This document shows positions 1 to 11,784 of a stretch of 64,000 nt of DNA, in pieces (the stretch's first letter is position 1; each line of letters opens with the position of its first letter). The stretch spans positions 172,214,507 to 172,278,506 of the forward strand of contig NC_068981.1 in NCBI RefSeq assembly GCF_001194135.2, read 5' to 3'. A model generated the notes under the pieces. That model did not search any database. It saw only the letters and a program-made list of their open reading frames with translations, and had not been told where the DNA came from. The DNA comes from Octopus bimaculoides. Taxonomy: Eukaryota. The position numbers and the translations under genes were made by a program.

Positions 1-422
1 CCTTTAGGACTGTCTCCGAACTTGAATCACTGAGTAATGACTTGCGAATAACCCAGATAGAATATACGCAGTACGGATATATTACCTGTCAATTTTTAAT
101 TAGTTGCAGAGGACTCTCAGTTCATAGATGTTCCGATTAGACCTAATTGGATGTGGCCGGCTACTACCTAATTTGCTCTTAGTTTTTTTTTTGTTTTGTT
201 TTCTAGCTTAATATTCCTCCCAGAAGGTCGTATATAACTGACCTCGCTTCGTTTCCTTTGTGCGTTTCGGTTGCCTTATACTTGCACCCCTATAGCCATC
301 TGTTATTTATAGCAAGGCTTTATGGAAACCTGTCTGTCTCGAGTCTTTTGGGGGAATAAATGCGTGAATTAGACGAACGAAGATATGCTTTGCGATGTTC
401 ATGTGAGTCTAGCTACCACATT

Positions 423-485
<63 letters not shown>

Positions 486-556
486 GGACGGACGGATAAC
501 CAGATGGATGGACGGATGGGCGGATAAACAGATGGATGAATGGCTGGATGGACGGA
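423..556. repeat. (GACA)n microsatellite grading into GACG/GATG repeats
   Basis: Direct tandem GACA run followed by degenerate ggat/ggac units; source of the spurious TDRQ ORF. Confidence 0.95.
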
Positions 557-1799
557 AAGACACAAACTGTTAAACATACACACACACATACATATATATA
601 TATATACATATGTAATATATACACATATATAGATATATTTAGTTGTACATGTGGACATGCAAGCACACATAAATGTAGATATACATGTTTATACATACGA
701 ACATATTAAGCAAACGTTTGTGTCTGAGTACACGAATATGCTGTTTTTGTTGTTAAAGCCATTGTTATTATTGATTTTATGTATGCTGGACATACCGGAT
801 CAAGGAAATCTATAAAACACAGGTAGGTCATGAAACGACTAGATATGATTGACAGATCCATCGTTCCATTTCTGATATATCATGTTCTGCTTGGCTGAGA
901 AGCATACTGTACACTGTGGTTAATCATATAAGCGACAGACTGACAGTGTGGACGTGTTGCACTATTTCCACAGTCCATTCTACGTATATCGTACGTTTGG
1001 AGATTCTGGTGTTGTATGCATTGAGAATTGTCTTTATTTATGTTTGTTGTATAATATATACACAAACATAAATAAATTGCAGTAACCAACGGGCATCAAC
1101 AGAAGGTGCTTATCTCGAGAACATAACAGAACGGCTTTGTGTTATGTCCGGATTAACTTTTGCAAACTACAATATGCAGTTAAAATACGGTGTCAGAAAT
1201 GTCAGATGAATCGTATTATTGACTTTATCGCCATACGTTACATGTACTCGTGGTGTTTCCCTGTTACTATCTGGTCCATTTGTATCGTGATTGGACTGAT
1301 AGTAAGTCGTTAACGGATTGTAATTGAAGTAGTTAAGTGAATGACTTCGCTGTCTAAGAAATATTACTAAATGGTTTAATATCAATTCTAGCTTCTTAAC
1401 CCTATATCTCGTGTTAATTTACTGGAGGAGTAGCGTCTGTTCAAGAATTTTATAGTTTCTGGTTGCTCTTGAGAAGGATAAATAGTTGATAAAATCAAAA
1501 TTGCACTACTATTACTACGTACTATTGGTTAACAAGTTAAAAATATTGATATTTAACTCAATTTCGTATATGAGAACAACCATAGCAACAATGTATTTGC
1601 GGATGTCGTAGATAACGTTGACAATTCCAACCTTTATTTATTTATTTATCTATCTATTTACTTATTTATTTATTGGACACATATATCTTGGACAACATTA
1701 TACAATTAGTCCTTTTTAAGACGTGAAGGTGTAATTTTAGGGTCCTATTTCTTGGTGGATGTGTATTGTTGAGCGTATCTAAGCTCACATACTCTAGGA

Positions 1800-2290
1800 A
1801 GCGCCGTGATATGTATATTTGCAAACTTTTCTTTGCTGATGACTCAGATCCGGTGACTCCTTCCTTGGAAGATATCCATAAAATTACACACTTTTCTGAA
1901 TGTGCGTTGTCAGCTTTTGGTCTATCAATAAATATAACAAAAAGACTGAAGTCCATAATCGACCTAAACCCGGAGTGATGGAACACATACCGCAGACTAT
2001 TATGATTGCTAATCAGCCTATTATGACTATTATGGTTGCGAATCTTACTGTTTGGACAGTACGATTTCTAACGGCAACAGTCTGGATGTGTATTGCAGCT
2101 ACAGTCGCTTTCAGAAAACTCAATGATCGATGCGGAAATGCAGTATAAAACTGTCAACAAAATGCAAAGTGTACCGAGTATTATTTCTATCCTGTCTGTT
2201 GAATTCTGCTGAGACCTACACTCTGTATCATTGGCATATCAAAAAGTCTTTGAAATGTTATAAATCGTAGTTGGCGCCATCTACGATCTA
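1800..2290 (+). mobile_element. RTE-clade LINE reverse transcriptase fragment (frameshifted)
   Basis: YICKLFFADDSDPVTPSLEDIHKITHFSECALSAFGLSIN (RT FADD motif), then KKTEVHNRPKPG, YCLDSTISNGNSLD and IAATVAFRKL in shifted frames; same order as the RTE/BovB C-terminal RT region. Confidence 0.8.
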
Positions 2291-5039
2291 TAATAAGCGT
2301 TTCTCGAAGCGACCACATCTTGAAACATTTCTTGAAGCGACCACATATTCAACGAGGAGGTCTTACTGCCAGATACCAAGTGCTGTGTCTTGCTGCTGGA
2401 ATTACAGTTGTGCCGGGTGGGACACGTCGTCCGCTTTGTTTGTGATCAATCGCTGTTTTTCTTCATGCAGTCACATACAGGCCACCCGCTTCATTGAAAT
2501 GTCGTTTAATGACCTCCTTATAACAGAATTTCGAGAGCTTTTCTCAATGGCTTCACGTATTTCAGGTTGTTGTAAACACAATCTTGTAGATCTTGGTGTC
2601 TGCCATAAGGATCACATGTCCCACCCTGCACAACTACAATTCCAGGAGAACAGACTCAACAAAGTATTCGACGTAAATTTAATCTTTCTCTGTCGTATAT
2701 ATTCTGAATGAAGCTATTGTTTTTATCCAGCTAATTGCATTTCAACTAATTCATTTAGCTTCTGGTTAAGAACATTATAACTATAGTTTATTACTAAAAC
2801 ATTTAGAGTGTTAATACTTATTACTTTATTTCTGACATATATCCCTGTTTTCTTGCTTTTTCAATATTAATTTACACATTGTAATCCTTACTTTTATTAA
2901 CGTAATCAAATAAAAGTAAATTTAGGAAGGTTGCTTTCTAACCTAAAGGTTAGGAAGTTACCTTCCTATCCATTACTTTATTTGTGTTCGTTGTGTTCTG
3001 TCTACTTCATTAATTATTCGGTTTTGAAATGGAAGCATTTGGTTTAATTCTCTTATTCTGTTTTGGCTTTTTTCTTTTATCTTTTTTCTTCACATGACAT
3101 TCGTGGCTTTTATCAATTATCCTCTCTTCAACGTTGCCTTGGCGCATTTTTCTAAATCGAATTTTCATGCTAATTCCTCAACTGGATTTGTAAATTTTGA
3201 AGATGTGTCACCTGATCTTATTGACTGTCTCTAAAAATGTTAGTACACCTTGTCCATGGAGAAAGAAATCTCAGGAAAAGCAAAGAAAATGTTTGCAGTT
3301 CAAAAGCAAAAACAAAGGAAAGAAGATAAAGAAAAAGAGAGAAAATCTCACTTGTGTAAAGATTGATCAGAAATTTAAATTTGAATTAATTAGTTTTCAG
3401 AGTAAACATTTTANNNNNNNNNNNNNNNNNNNNNNNNNNNNNNNNNNNNNNNNNNNNNNNNNNNNNNNNNNNNNNNNNNNNNNNNNNNNNNNNNNNNNNN
3501 NNNTGTGTGTGTGTGTGTGTGTGTGTTGAGAGGGTGTGTGTGTGTGTGTGTAATAGTTAGCCTGTCTGGTGAGGAGACTGTCTTGTGTGCATGTTTGTGC
3601 AGGCATCTGTTTGTTCGTTTGTTTATATTTCAGTCGTGCTGGTACCCAGTAAAATTGCAATTAATACAAGCAAAACAAAAATAATGACTTCTCATGAGAC
3701 ATGAATGTGTCACAGCAGATTGAGATTTATAGAGCAATGACGAGAGAGAATGGTCAAAGGTTCACTTTTTGTTTTTTAGTAAAACGAGAAAACAAACCTG
3801 TGACATCGATGAGTGATGCATTGGTTCATGGTTCAGTTCCTTGTCTGAGTAAAATCAATTACGGGAGAGCAGAGAGGAGATATATTCTTGTATACTACGG
3901 AAACCAAAGATAAAAATCGAATCTCGTCGTTCTTTATGAACTAACTGATAAGATAGTTACAAAATTCTATTGAACAAGAGTTAAGCTTCAAGCGAGTTAG
4001 ACTTACAACTCGACTGCAGTACCTGGTTGATGTGAAGTGTGCAGCTGATGTCTTCAACCTAGCCTCATTCTCCTATCTCAGAAATTCGTGAGATAATTGC
4101 AAAGGAATTGAAATTGAATATCTGATTAATTGATTGGGACTACACTATTGTAACAATCACATGATTTATCAGGACTAAACAGTCTGCAATGGCAATGAAA
4201 AACCATCTGCTTATTTCTAATATCGTAAATATCTATTAGTGGATGAAGAAGAGCTATTACATGCATACATTTTAGACACATTTCAACGAAGATATATTAG
4301 CGCCAAGTTCGCGGCTACTGAACAACCAGACGAAAAATCAGAAGTTCGTGTGTTTTCTCCATCATGCTATTACTCTCGTAAATAAGACTTAATCTGAAAG
4401 GGTTCAGTCCACCAAGATGTAAATAGGTTTCAAGGCTGTTAGTAGCAGTACTGTAAAACTGGTGAATATTTCGTTAGCTTTTAGTGCAGGATTCAATTTA
4501 TTCATTTAAACAGGGAATCTGTAACACAAAGAAGGATGGTCTCCACCTAATTTCCTCTGCATGACATGAAGAAAATTCATGTTGTGAAGAAAATTCTTCG
4601 GTTATGAGCTTAAGTACTTAAGTTATTTATTTAAAAAAATTACATTGCAGCTAGTGTAATGGGCTGATCAGTGGTTTACTGCGCTTCTGAGAGTATCAGT
4701 AACGCGGAAGTTTCTACAACACAGTCTGGAGCATATATGGCAAAAGACCTTGTTCGAAGAGCGTCAGATTTCAGGGCAATCTAGATACACTCATATAATA
4801 TACTTATATACGCACATACATACACTGCACTTAACAAGTTTGCTTCGCAAACATACGAAACGAACGCCGTAACTTTCTCTGCTGGCTCTAAATTCTATAG
4901 TATATCTATAGAGATAACTTAAAAGTGATTGAACTGCACTGCTAACACAAAAGGTAGGACACTGCATTGACTTATAAACCTTTAATATACTTGGTGGTAT
5001 ATTATAGTTGCTAAACAAAATACAGTATCCCTATTGATA

Positions 5040-5073
<34 letters not shown>

Positions 5074-5091
5074 NNNNNNNNNNGTATATCA

Positions 5092-5655
5092 TAAGATACA
5101 GTGTATATTTAAACACATAAGAGGAATCCACTCATGGGATTCCTTACGCTAGAAAGAACAGCTAGGTTCTAGAACCACAAAATTAGGGATAAAATCCCAA
5201 AAGGAACGAAATGAAAAAATAAAAACTTTTACCATCTATTTTCCAGGACCAATTGGTTTCTGACTTTAGTTTAGCAAATAAGATAATCTGCTAGGTGAAG
5301 TCGTTATCAACAGGAACGCCTTAGATTAAAATATATAAACACGAGGCAATCAATTATATGCCTCCCGTTTATACATCCTAATTTTTCAAATCTACTGCGC
5401 ACGCGCAGCTCCTCGCCGGCAATAAAAAAAATGCCAATTTGTAAAATTCGAAAATTATCCAAAAACTTACAATACTAGCGTATAAAAATTTAGTCCTGAG
5501 ACTATGAATTACTCGTAAGATACAGTGTAAATTTAAACACATAAGAGGAATCCACTCATGGGATTCCTTACGCTAGAAAGAACAGCTAGGTTCTAGAACC
5601 ACAAAATTAGGGATAAAATCCCAAAAGGAACGAAATGAAAAAATAACTTTTACCA

Positions 5656-5660
<5 letters not shown>
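5092..5660. mobile_element. Short element with ~145-bp direct terminal repeats embedded in (TA)n
   Basis: 5092-5239 and 5516-5660 are near-identical (one substitution, one small indel) around a ~275-bp core; TA runs on both sides. Confidence 0.6.
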
Positions 5661-5727
<67 letters not shown>

Positions 5728-5833
5728 TGTATGTATGCCTGCTATCATTCCAAAACTAAAACAATAGGGTGAAGCGCATTGTGATCAGCAGTGTATAACA
5801 ACATCCGGTAGTTTGGTCGATACCATGCTACCT

Positions 5834-5915
<82 letters not shown>
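5659..5915. repeat. (TA)n, (TATG)n and (GATA)n microsatellites
   Basis: Direct runs at about 5659-5737 and 5835-5915. Confidence 0.95.
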
Positions 5916-5916
<1 letters not shown>

Positions 5917-6491
5917 ATAGATAAACACGTGCGTGTATATGTGTATAAAGCTTTCCGGTTTAGTGCTTGAGCATGAGAAGCAACTATAAAAATTTAGAGC
6001 TTAGTTTGTGACATTACGTTAAACTCTGAAATTTCATAACTTGATTACAATTCTGTATAAAACGCTATATACATTTATAGTTGGCTATAACGAATGGGGA
6101 GAGGAAAATACTTCTGAAAATATAGATATTACAGAACTTCATAGCCTAAAACTCTGTCATTAACAACCCCAAAGCTTCACACTTACATAATTATTTAACA
6201 TAATTGTACAGTGCGCGACAATCATATATTCCAGTTCCTGGAAACATTTTTGATCTTAAATGTTGTTAAATAATTATATATTTGTGAAGGTATGTAAAAA
6301 GTTAATGAAACGCCTGCTAGAAATGAAATTTCAGAAATATAAATGATATTGTTTGCTATTTTTCAAATGTATTTCGCTCTGCATTCGTTGTGGTCGATTA
6401 TACAATAATTTATGTAATTACTCTAAACAATGCATGTTTTCTAACTAGAATTGCTTCGGTATGTATGTATGCAATCATATATGTAAACTCA

Positions 6492-6551
6492 GACATACAT
6501 ACATACATACATACATACACACACACATACATACATACATACATACATACA

Positions 6552-6581
<30 letters not shown>
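6492..6581. repeat. (CATA)n microsatellite
   Basis: Direct tandem run. Confidence 0.95.
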
Positions 6582-6583
<2 letters not shown>

Positions 6584-6818
6584 AGGTGTAAATGCATATG
6601 CATATATATATGTATGTGACCGCGTGTGCATCGTTGGCGATTTTCTTTCTCTGTCTTCCCTTCTTTGGACTTTTCCTATATTTCCGACGAAGATCTCCGA
6701 TCGAAACGTTAGATCCTCTTTCTTTTCTTTCCTTTCCTGAGTGTCCAATAACACTGTACTTATTCCACGTCCTCGCGTTGTTTTTTCGTGTTTTTTCTTG
6801 CTTATTCATGTTTGAATT

Positions 6819-6822
<4 letters not shown>
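6582..6822 (+). mobile_element. Penelope-like pseudo-LTR fragment with minimal hammerhead-like motif
   Basis: CCGACGA-A-GATC-tcc-GATC-GAAAC-GTTA at 6684-6711; element lies between (CATA)n and (TA)n. Confidence 0.55.
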
Positions 6823-6864
<42 letters not shown>

Positions 6865-7016
6865 GCTATCTAGAAGATCCAAAGAGTGGCAGGTAACGCT
6901 AAGTACTTTGGACAGACCGTAGTTAGACTCTTGGTTCGATAATGATACGAGTGAGGAGTTTAATGTGGGTCTTGTACTAGCATACATATATATATATTAG
7001 ACAAAAGAGATAACAA

Positions 7017-7160
7017 ATGAATAGATCAAAAATTCGTGTTGTTTATGAATATGAGTTACGTCGTGGAACCAATGCATCCCAGACAACTTGAAACATCAAT
7101 GAGGTATTTGGTGAAGATGTGACGAATGAGCATACTGTATGTCGATGGTTTGAGAAGTTC
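7017..7160 (+). mobile_element. Mariner transposase N-terminal HTH remnant
   Basis: MNRSKIRVVYEYELRRGTNASQTT*NINEVFGEDVTNEHTVCRWFEKF resembles the Mos1/Hsmar-type N-terminus; one in-frame stop; ends abruptly at low-complexity DNA. Confidence 0.8.
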
Positions 7161-7376
7161 GGGCGGCGGCGGTAATGGTATCGCCACTGCCGGTGATGGT
7201 GAAGGTGCTGTGGTCTTCATCATTGGTGGGAGAGTTGCCATTGCTGCTAGAGATGTCATTAGCTGTGGTTCTGCTGGTGTTTCTGCTGGGGCCACTATCG
7301 CTGTTGCTGCTGTCGCCATTATTGTTATTATGGCCACACACACACGTATGTGTGCGTATATACACACATTTATATT

Positions 7377-7419
<43 letters not shown>

Positions 7420-7567
7420 NNNNNNNNNNNNNNNNNNNNNNNNNNNNNNNNNNNNNNNNNNNNNNNNNNNNNNNNNNNNNNNNNNNNNNNNNNNNNNNNN
7501 NNNNNNNNNNNNNNNNNNNNNNNNNNNNNNNNNNNNNNNNNNNNNNNNNNNNNNNNNNNNNNNNNNN

Positions 7568-7621
<54 letters not shown>

Positions 7622-8039
7622 GTGTAATGTAATGAATACAAGAGTTATACGTGGGCTACATGCTTGGAAAGTGCAATATTTCGAAGTGCTTATATAAGGC
7701 GTACAGAGTCCGATCCGCCAATCGTTAGACAATGTTGCCAATAAGTTTTATGTGAAATCACTCTTCCAAAACAAGGAGAGAGATTTTGCAAAAGTCAGAC
7801 ATGATTCAGAAGGAAATATATACAAATAGCTCTCTTGCGAAAGATTTATAACTCTACATTTTTTCGTCAAGCACATCTTTCAAGCACATCTTGTCAAGCA
7901 CATCTTATTTAAGAAAGGTTTATTTTGCTTGGGACCAAGTATGGAAATAGTGTTTGTCTACAACAGGGTTTTAAATTTATAATTTTTCATTTAGACTATA
8001 CAACCTTATCGGCTGTCTTTTTTGTTTTTGCCTTATGAA

Positions 8040-8248
8040 CCTGCCTTCGACAAAAAGATGTATGTGTGTGCGTGCGCGTGTGTGTGTATACAACGGTCTT
8101 TCACACAGTCTCCCCGCTAAAAAATTCTATTTTCAGTGTATAGATGAAATATAATAGAATATACTCGTTCGAGGTATTCAACAATGGAGTCTAACCAGAA
8201 CTTTCGTGATTTTGAAACGAACCTTTTAACCACGTAGCCATGTCTGAC
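8040..8248 (-). mobile_element. Degraded SINE family B 5' portion
   Basis: Reverse complement resembles the family B head (...aaccacgtagccatg end) and its central TG tract. Confidence 0.45.
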
Positions 8249-9189
8249 TTAATGTTTAGTGAAGCTTCCTTACTCATGTTGAATGAATTATAACGTTATT
8301 GCATACATAATTTGTCAGCTCTTTCTTTAACAATATATTTTTAAAGTAGATCAGAGGTATTTTGGCATGTATTTTCAAATATCTAAGTAATGAATGTTTT
8401 TCACTCTAAATCATTATCATTTCAGTCATTCTTTAGTATGGTAAGTATGAGAAGGTCCAATAAAAACCGAAACGTGTCCGAAATCTACCCTTTGCTTATT
8501 GAAGACAAAATTAAAGATAAGAAGTCCCCCACCCTTAGCATGCAAACTCAATTTTTAATCAATTCTGATTTCGGAGTTGATTGAAATTATTATATACTCT
8601 GATATTTTTTCTCTTCGTTATGGAGTTTAATTTTAATTGATTTAAAATAATGTTTGTTTGGTATTTTTCTTCTTTTTTTTTTAAGCCCTTGTTCATTAAG
8701 TATGTCAACTACTTTATAACTACATGCTCCCTATGTAGAATGCAGTTCTGAGAAATATTGTTGATTCCGCAAGGTAATATTTGATTTAAACGTTTCACGC
8801 AAATAGTTAAAGGGGAAAATACAAGTTAGCAACAGTAGAGTATTGTTCTGAGAAAGAAGGCTTGAATTCTATATATTTCTGAGATTGTTACTGAACTGTA
8901 AATATATCAGGCAGATAGAGCAGAATTTCAAACAGGAACATAACGATTTCTGAAAGCAACACATCGTAAGATTTCCAAAATGAGAAGAAAAATGGTAATT
9001 TTCTACATTAACGATTTTATATTCCTATAGATTTTCGTAAATTTTCGGAATATATTAGTAGAGCAATACTATTGTAGTTTATTCTAATATATTCTATGCT
9101 ATTTATATACTATTTTCTTGTGTGAAATTAAAATTCTACATCATCCCTGCAACCTGTCAAATTGTTTCTATAGAGTCCAGTATTTCACC

Positions 9190-9193
<4 letters not shown>

Positions 9194-9243
<50 letters not shown>

Positions 9244-9504
9244 NNNNNNNNNNNNNNNNNNNNNNNNNNNNNNNNNNNNNNNNNNNNNNNNNNNNNNNNN
9301 NNNNNNNNNNNNNNNNNNNNNNNNNNNNNNNNNNNNNNNNNNNNNNNNNNNNNNNNNNNNNNNNNNNNNNNNNNNNNNNNNNNNNNNNNNNNNNNNNNNN
9401 NNNNNNNNNNNNNNNNNNNNNNNNNNNNNNNNNNNNNNNNNNNNNNNNNNNNNNNNNNNNNNNNNNNNNNNNNNNNNNNNNNNNNNNNNNNTCTGTCTCT
9501 CTAC

Positions 9505-9554
<50 letters not shown>

Positions 9555-9555
9555 A

Positions 9556-9590
<35 letters not shown>

Positions 9591-9610
9591 CGTGTGCGCG
9601 CGCGTGTCTG
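9194..9610. repeat. (CT)n / (TA)n / (TG)n compound microsatellite spanning N-gap 9244-9491
   Basis: Direct runs on both sides of the gap. Confidence 0.95.
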
Positions 9611-11152
9611 TGTGTGTTCTTTACTCCCATTGATCTCTTTAAAGACATTCGTGGTTCACTGGATCACTTATCTGGCATTTAGAAGAATATATATAAGAAT
9701 ATATCGCAGGTAAGTTTTCCCGCGGTAAAACCTGAACTCAGTATGGACACAACAGTACTGGTAAGAAGCTAAGAATCGCTGACCTTTCGGCTGGTCTGGT
9801 CTTGATGCTTAGCTCTAAGTTATTTCTGATCGAGCAGACTTAGTATGATCAAAAATATTTCAACTGCGACCAACCTGATCTTTTTGATGCATTGAACATT
9901 ATATTATCCAATGTTTTCTTTTTAAGAGGTTTGAGTGTGATTTAAAGGAGATGTTGCTATTTTTTTCTCGGTCTTTTGCTGGTTCAATAATTTTGTTTGA
10001 TGCGCTTTGATTCGGGCATTCATGTTCTCTAAATTATTCTACTGAGAGATAATTTTCGGTGGTGAAGTCCAACGACACCATTTCCATTCAACTAACGATT
10101 ATTGGGAAGGAGAGGAGTCAAAATGGCTAATTTCTGATTTCTTATTATTTTTGAAATCATTACATTGAAAGTATTGCATCATCGTTTTGTACTGTTGCAT
10201 TATTTTGGGGTGTAAAAATTGATCAGCACAGTGTTGTTGAAGTTAAGAGAGTTTCAAACAGGTTTTATTTTTTTTCAAGAAATGTTTCCTCAACTTTGAC
10301 CCGATTGTAATTCAGGTTGCGAATATAATGTCTGGATATTATTTTTTATTTTTGACAGCCGAAATTCTGTTCTCTGTTGTATTCCAAGTCAATTTTTCCC
10401 ACACTAGTGTCTAATTTGATCATTTTCAAAAAATTACGTCTAAACTGGGGCAAAATGAGTACTGACTAATTTCCATAATTTCTTCTCTTTAACTGTATGG
10501 TGCATAAATATATCAAGAGGAGAGCTACCCCAGCAGATCGGGAGAAGCTACAGAGAATATCTTCTGTTGAACTTTTAGATCTAGTCGAGTTTCATTAATT
10601 TCATATCATGTACCATTTCTCCAAGATCGTCTTTCATTTGACCGAAATATTTATAATTTTTGTTGCATTTTATCTTTCAAATGCCTAAAGATGGATGTTG
10701 ATGTAATTCTGGAGAACCGAAGAGGCAAATTTACCTTACTTTGTTTTATTGATTTTGCCCTGCCTAATTTTCTTTTGCATGCTTAAAGAGAACGGAAATC
10801 ATTTTCTAAAATAATGTTTTGAACGTCATAGTGTTTTTAACACATTTAAAGAAGGTCGTTTACGTAGCTGATAAAGGTTTTGTAAGGTAGTGATCATTTG
10901 TGAAAAATATGTTTTCTCAAAGTCAAAAATGCAGTAAATATTATTCATTGCATTCCACCCATCTCCTCTGGCTAGTTTATCCTGCCGCAGTATAGTCACG
11001 AACCTGGGCAAAGACAATTAATCAAGCCAAGGCCGAAATGCAGTCTCGAGCCACGCCCCAAAATATTGCAGTTTACATACACTGCTAATAACTGTAAACG
11101 TCAAGCATGCAGGTGTATACTCACACTGCATATGCATATGAGCACGTATGAG

Positions 11153-11205
<53 letters not shown>

Positions 11206-11626
11206 AAAAAATCAAAATAAGCAACACGGATTTTAAAGATGATTGCAGTACGCACGTTTCATGCTACTCCATTTATTTAAGTAATGCGAGCATTACATTA
11301 AATGCAATATGTAGAGCAATCTTCAGCTGCACGAAAATGTAGAAAATTACAGTAGAATAGACATATCATAATTGTGGCAACATTTCAAATCCAAGTGGGA
11401 AGAAGAATACATAAAAATCCATCTTGACCTAGCCAAGGCTATCAGGCTAGTAATTGGTTCTAGGCAGAATTCTAACTGTCTCTGATTTTATTGTCTCTTA
11501 TCTAGTAGTTATAGTATAAGGGGCAATCACTTAATGTAATGCTCGCATTACTTAAATAAATGGAGTAGCATGAAACGTGCGTACTGCAATCATCTTTAAA
11601 ATCCGTGTTGCTTATTTTGATTTTTT
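11206..11626. mobile_element. Inverted-repeat element (96-bp arms), likely PLE pseudo-LTR with inverted truncated copy
   Basis: 11206-11301 is the exact reverse complement of 11531-11626 by inspection; 229-bp spacer; (GATA)n at about 11153-11203 and 11730-11784. Confidence 0.75.
11244..11331 (-). ncRNA. Type I hammerhead ribozyme motif
   Basis: Minus strand TGCAG-CTGAAGA-TTGCT...AGCAT-GAAAC-GTGC-GTA-CTGCA: 5-bp stem I, intact core, stem III and GUA cleavage triplet; U.U mismatch at the base of stem II. Confidence 0.75.
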
Positions 11627-11730
11627 GATCACCTCACTTTTGGAATGGTTTTTGTATAATACCATACTATATTCTGGTGCCTAAACATAAGTACCATATT
11701 CAATTTTGAATCTAAATCTAAACCTTTTAT

Positions 11731-11784
<54 letters not shown>

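Noticed and set aside
1083-1307. Putative exon with GTAAGT donor encoding a hydrophobic peptide (IIDFIAIRY...IWSICIVIGLI), faintly GPCR-like
   Set aside because: The best acceptor gives stops in all three frames; alternative acceptors lack a pyrimidine tract; resemblance too weak
4100-4760. Very decayed mariner-like peptides (LHDMKKIHVV, NIVNIY*WMK)
   Set aside because: Only vague motif similarity; needs a profile search
8446-8478. Hammerhead-like ATGAGA-AGGT...ACC-GAAAC-GT-GTC
   Set aside because: Core lacks C3 and N7, and no stem I was found
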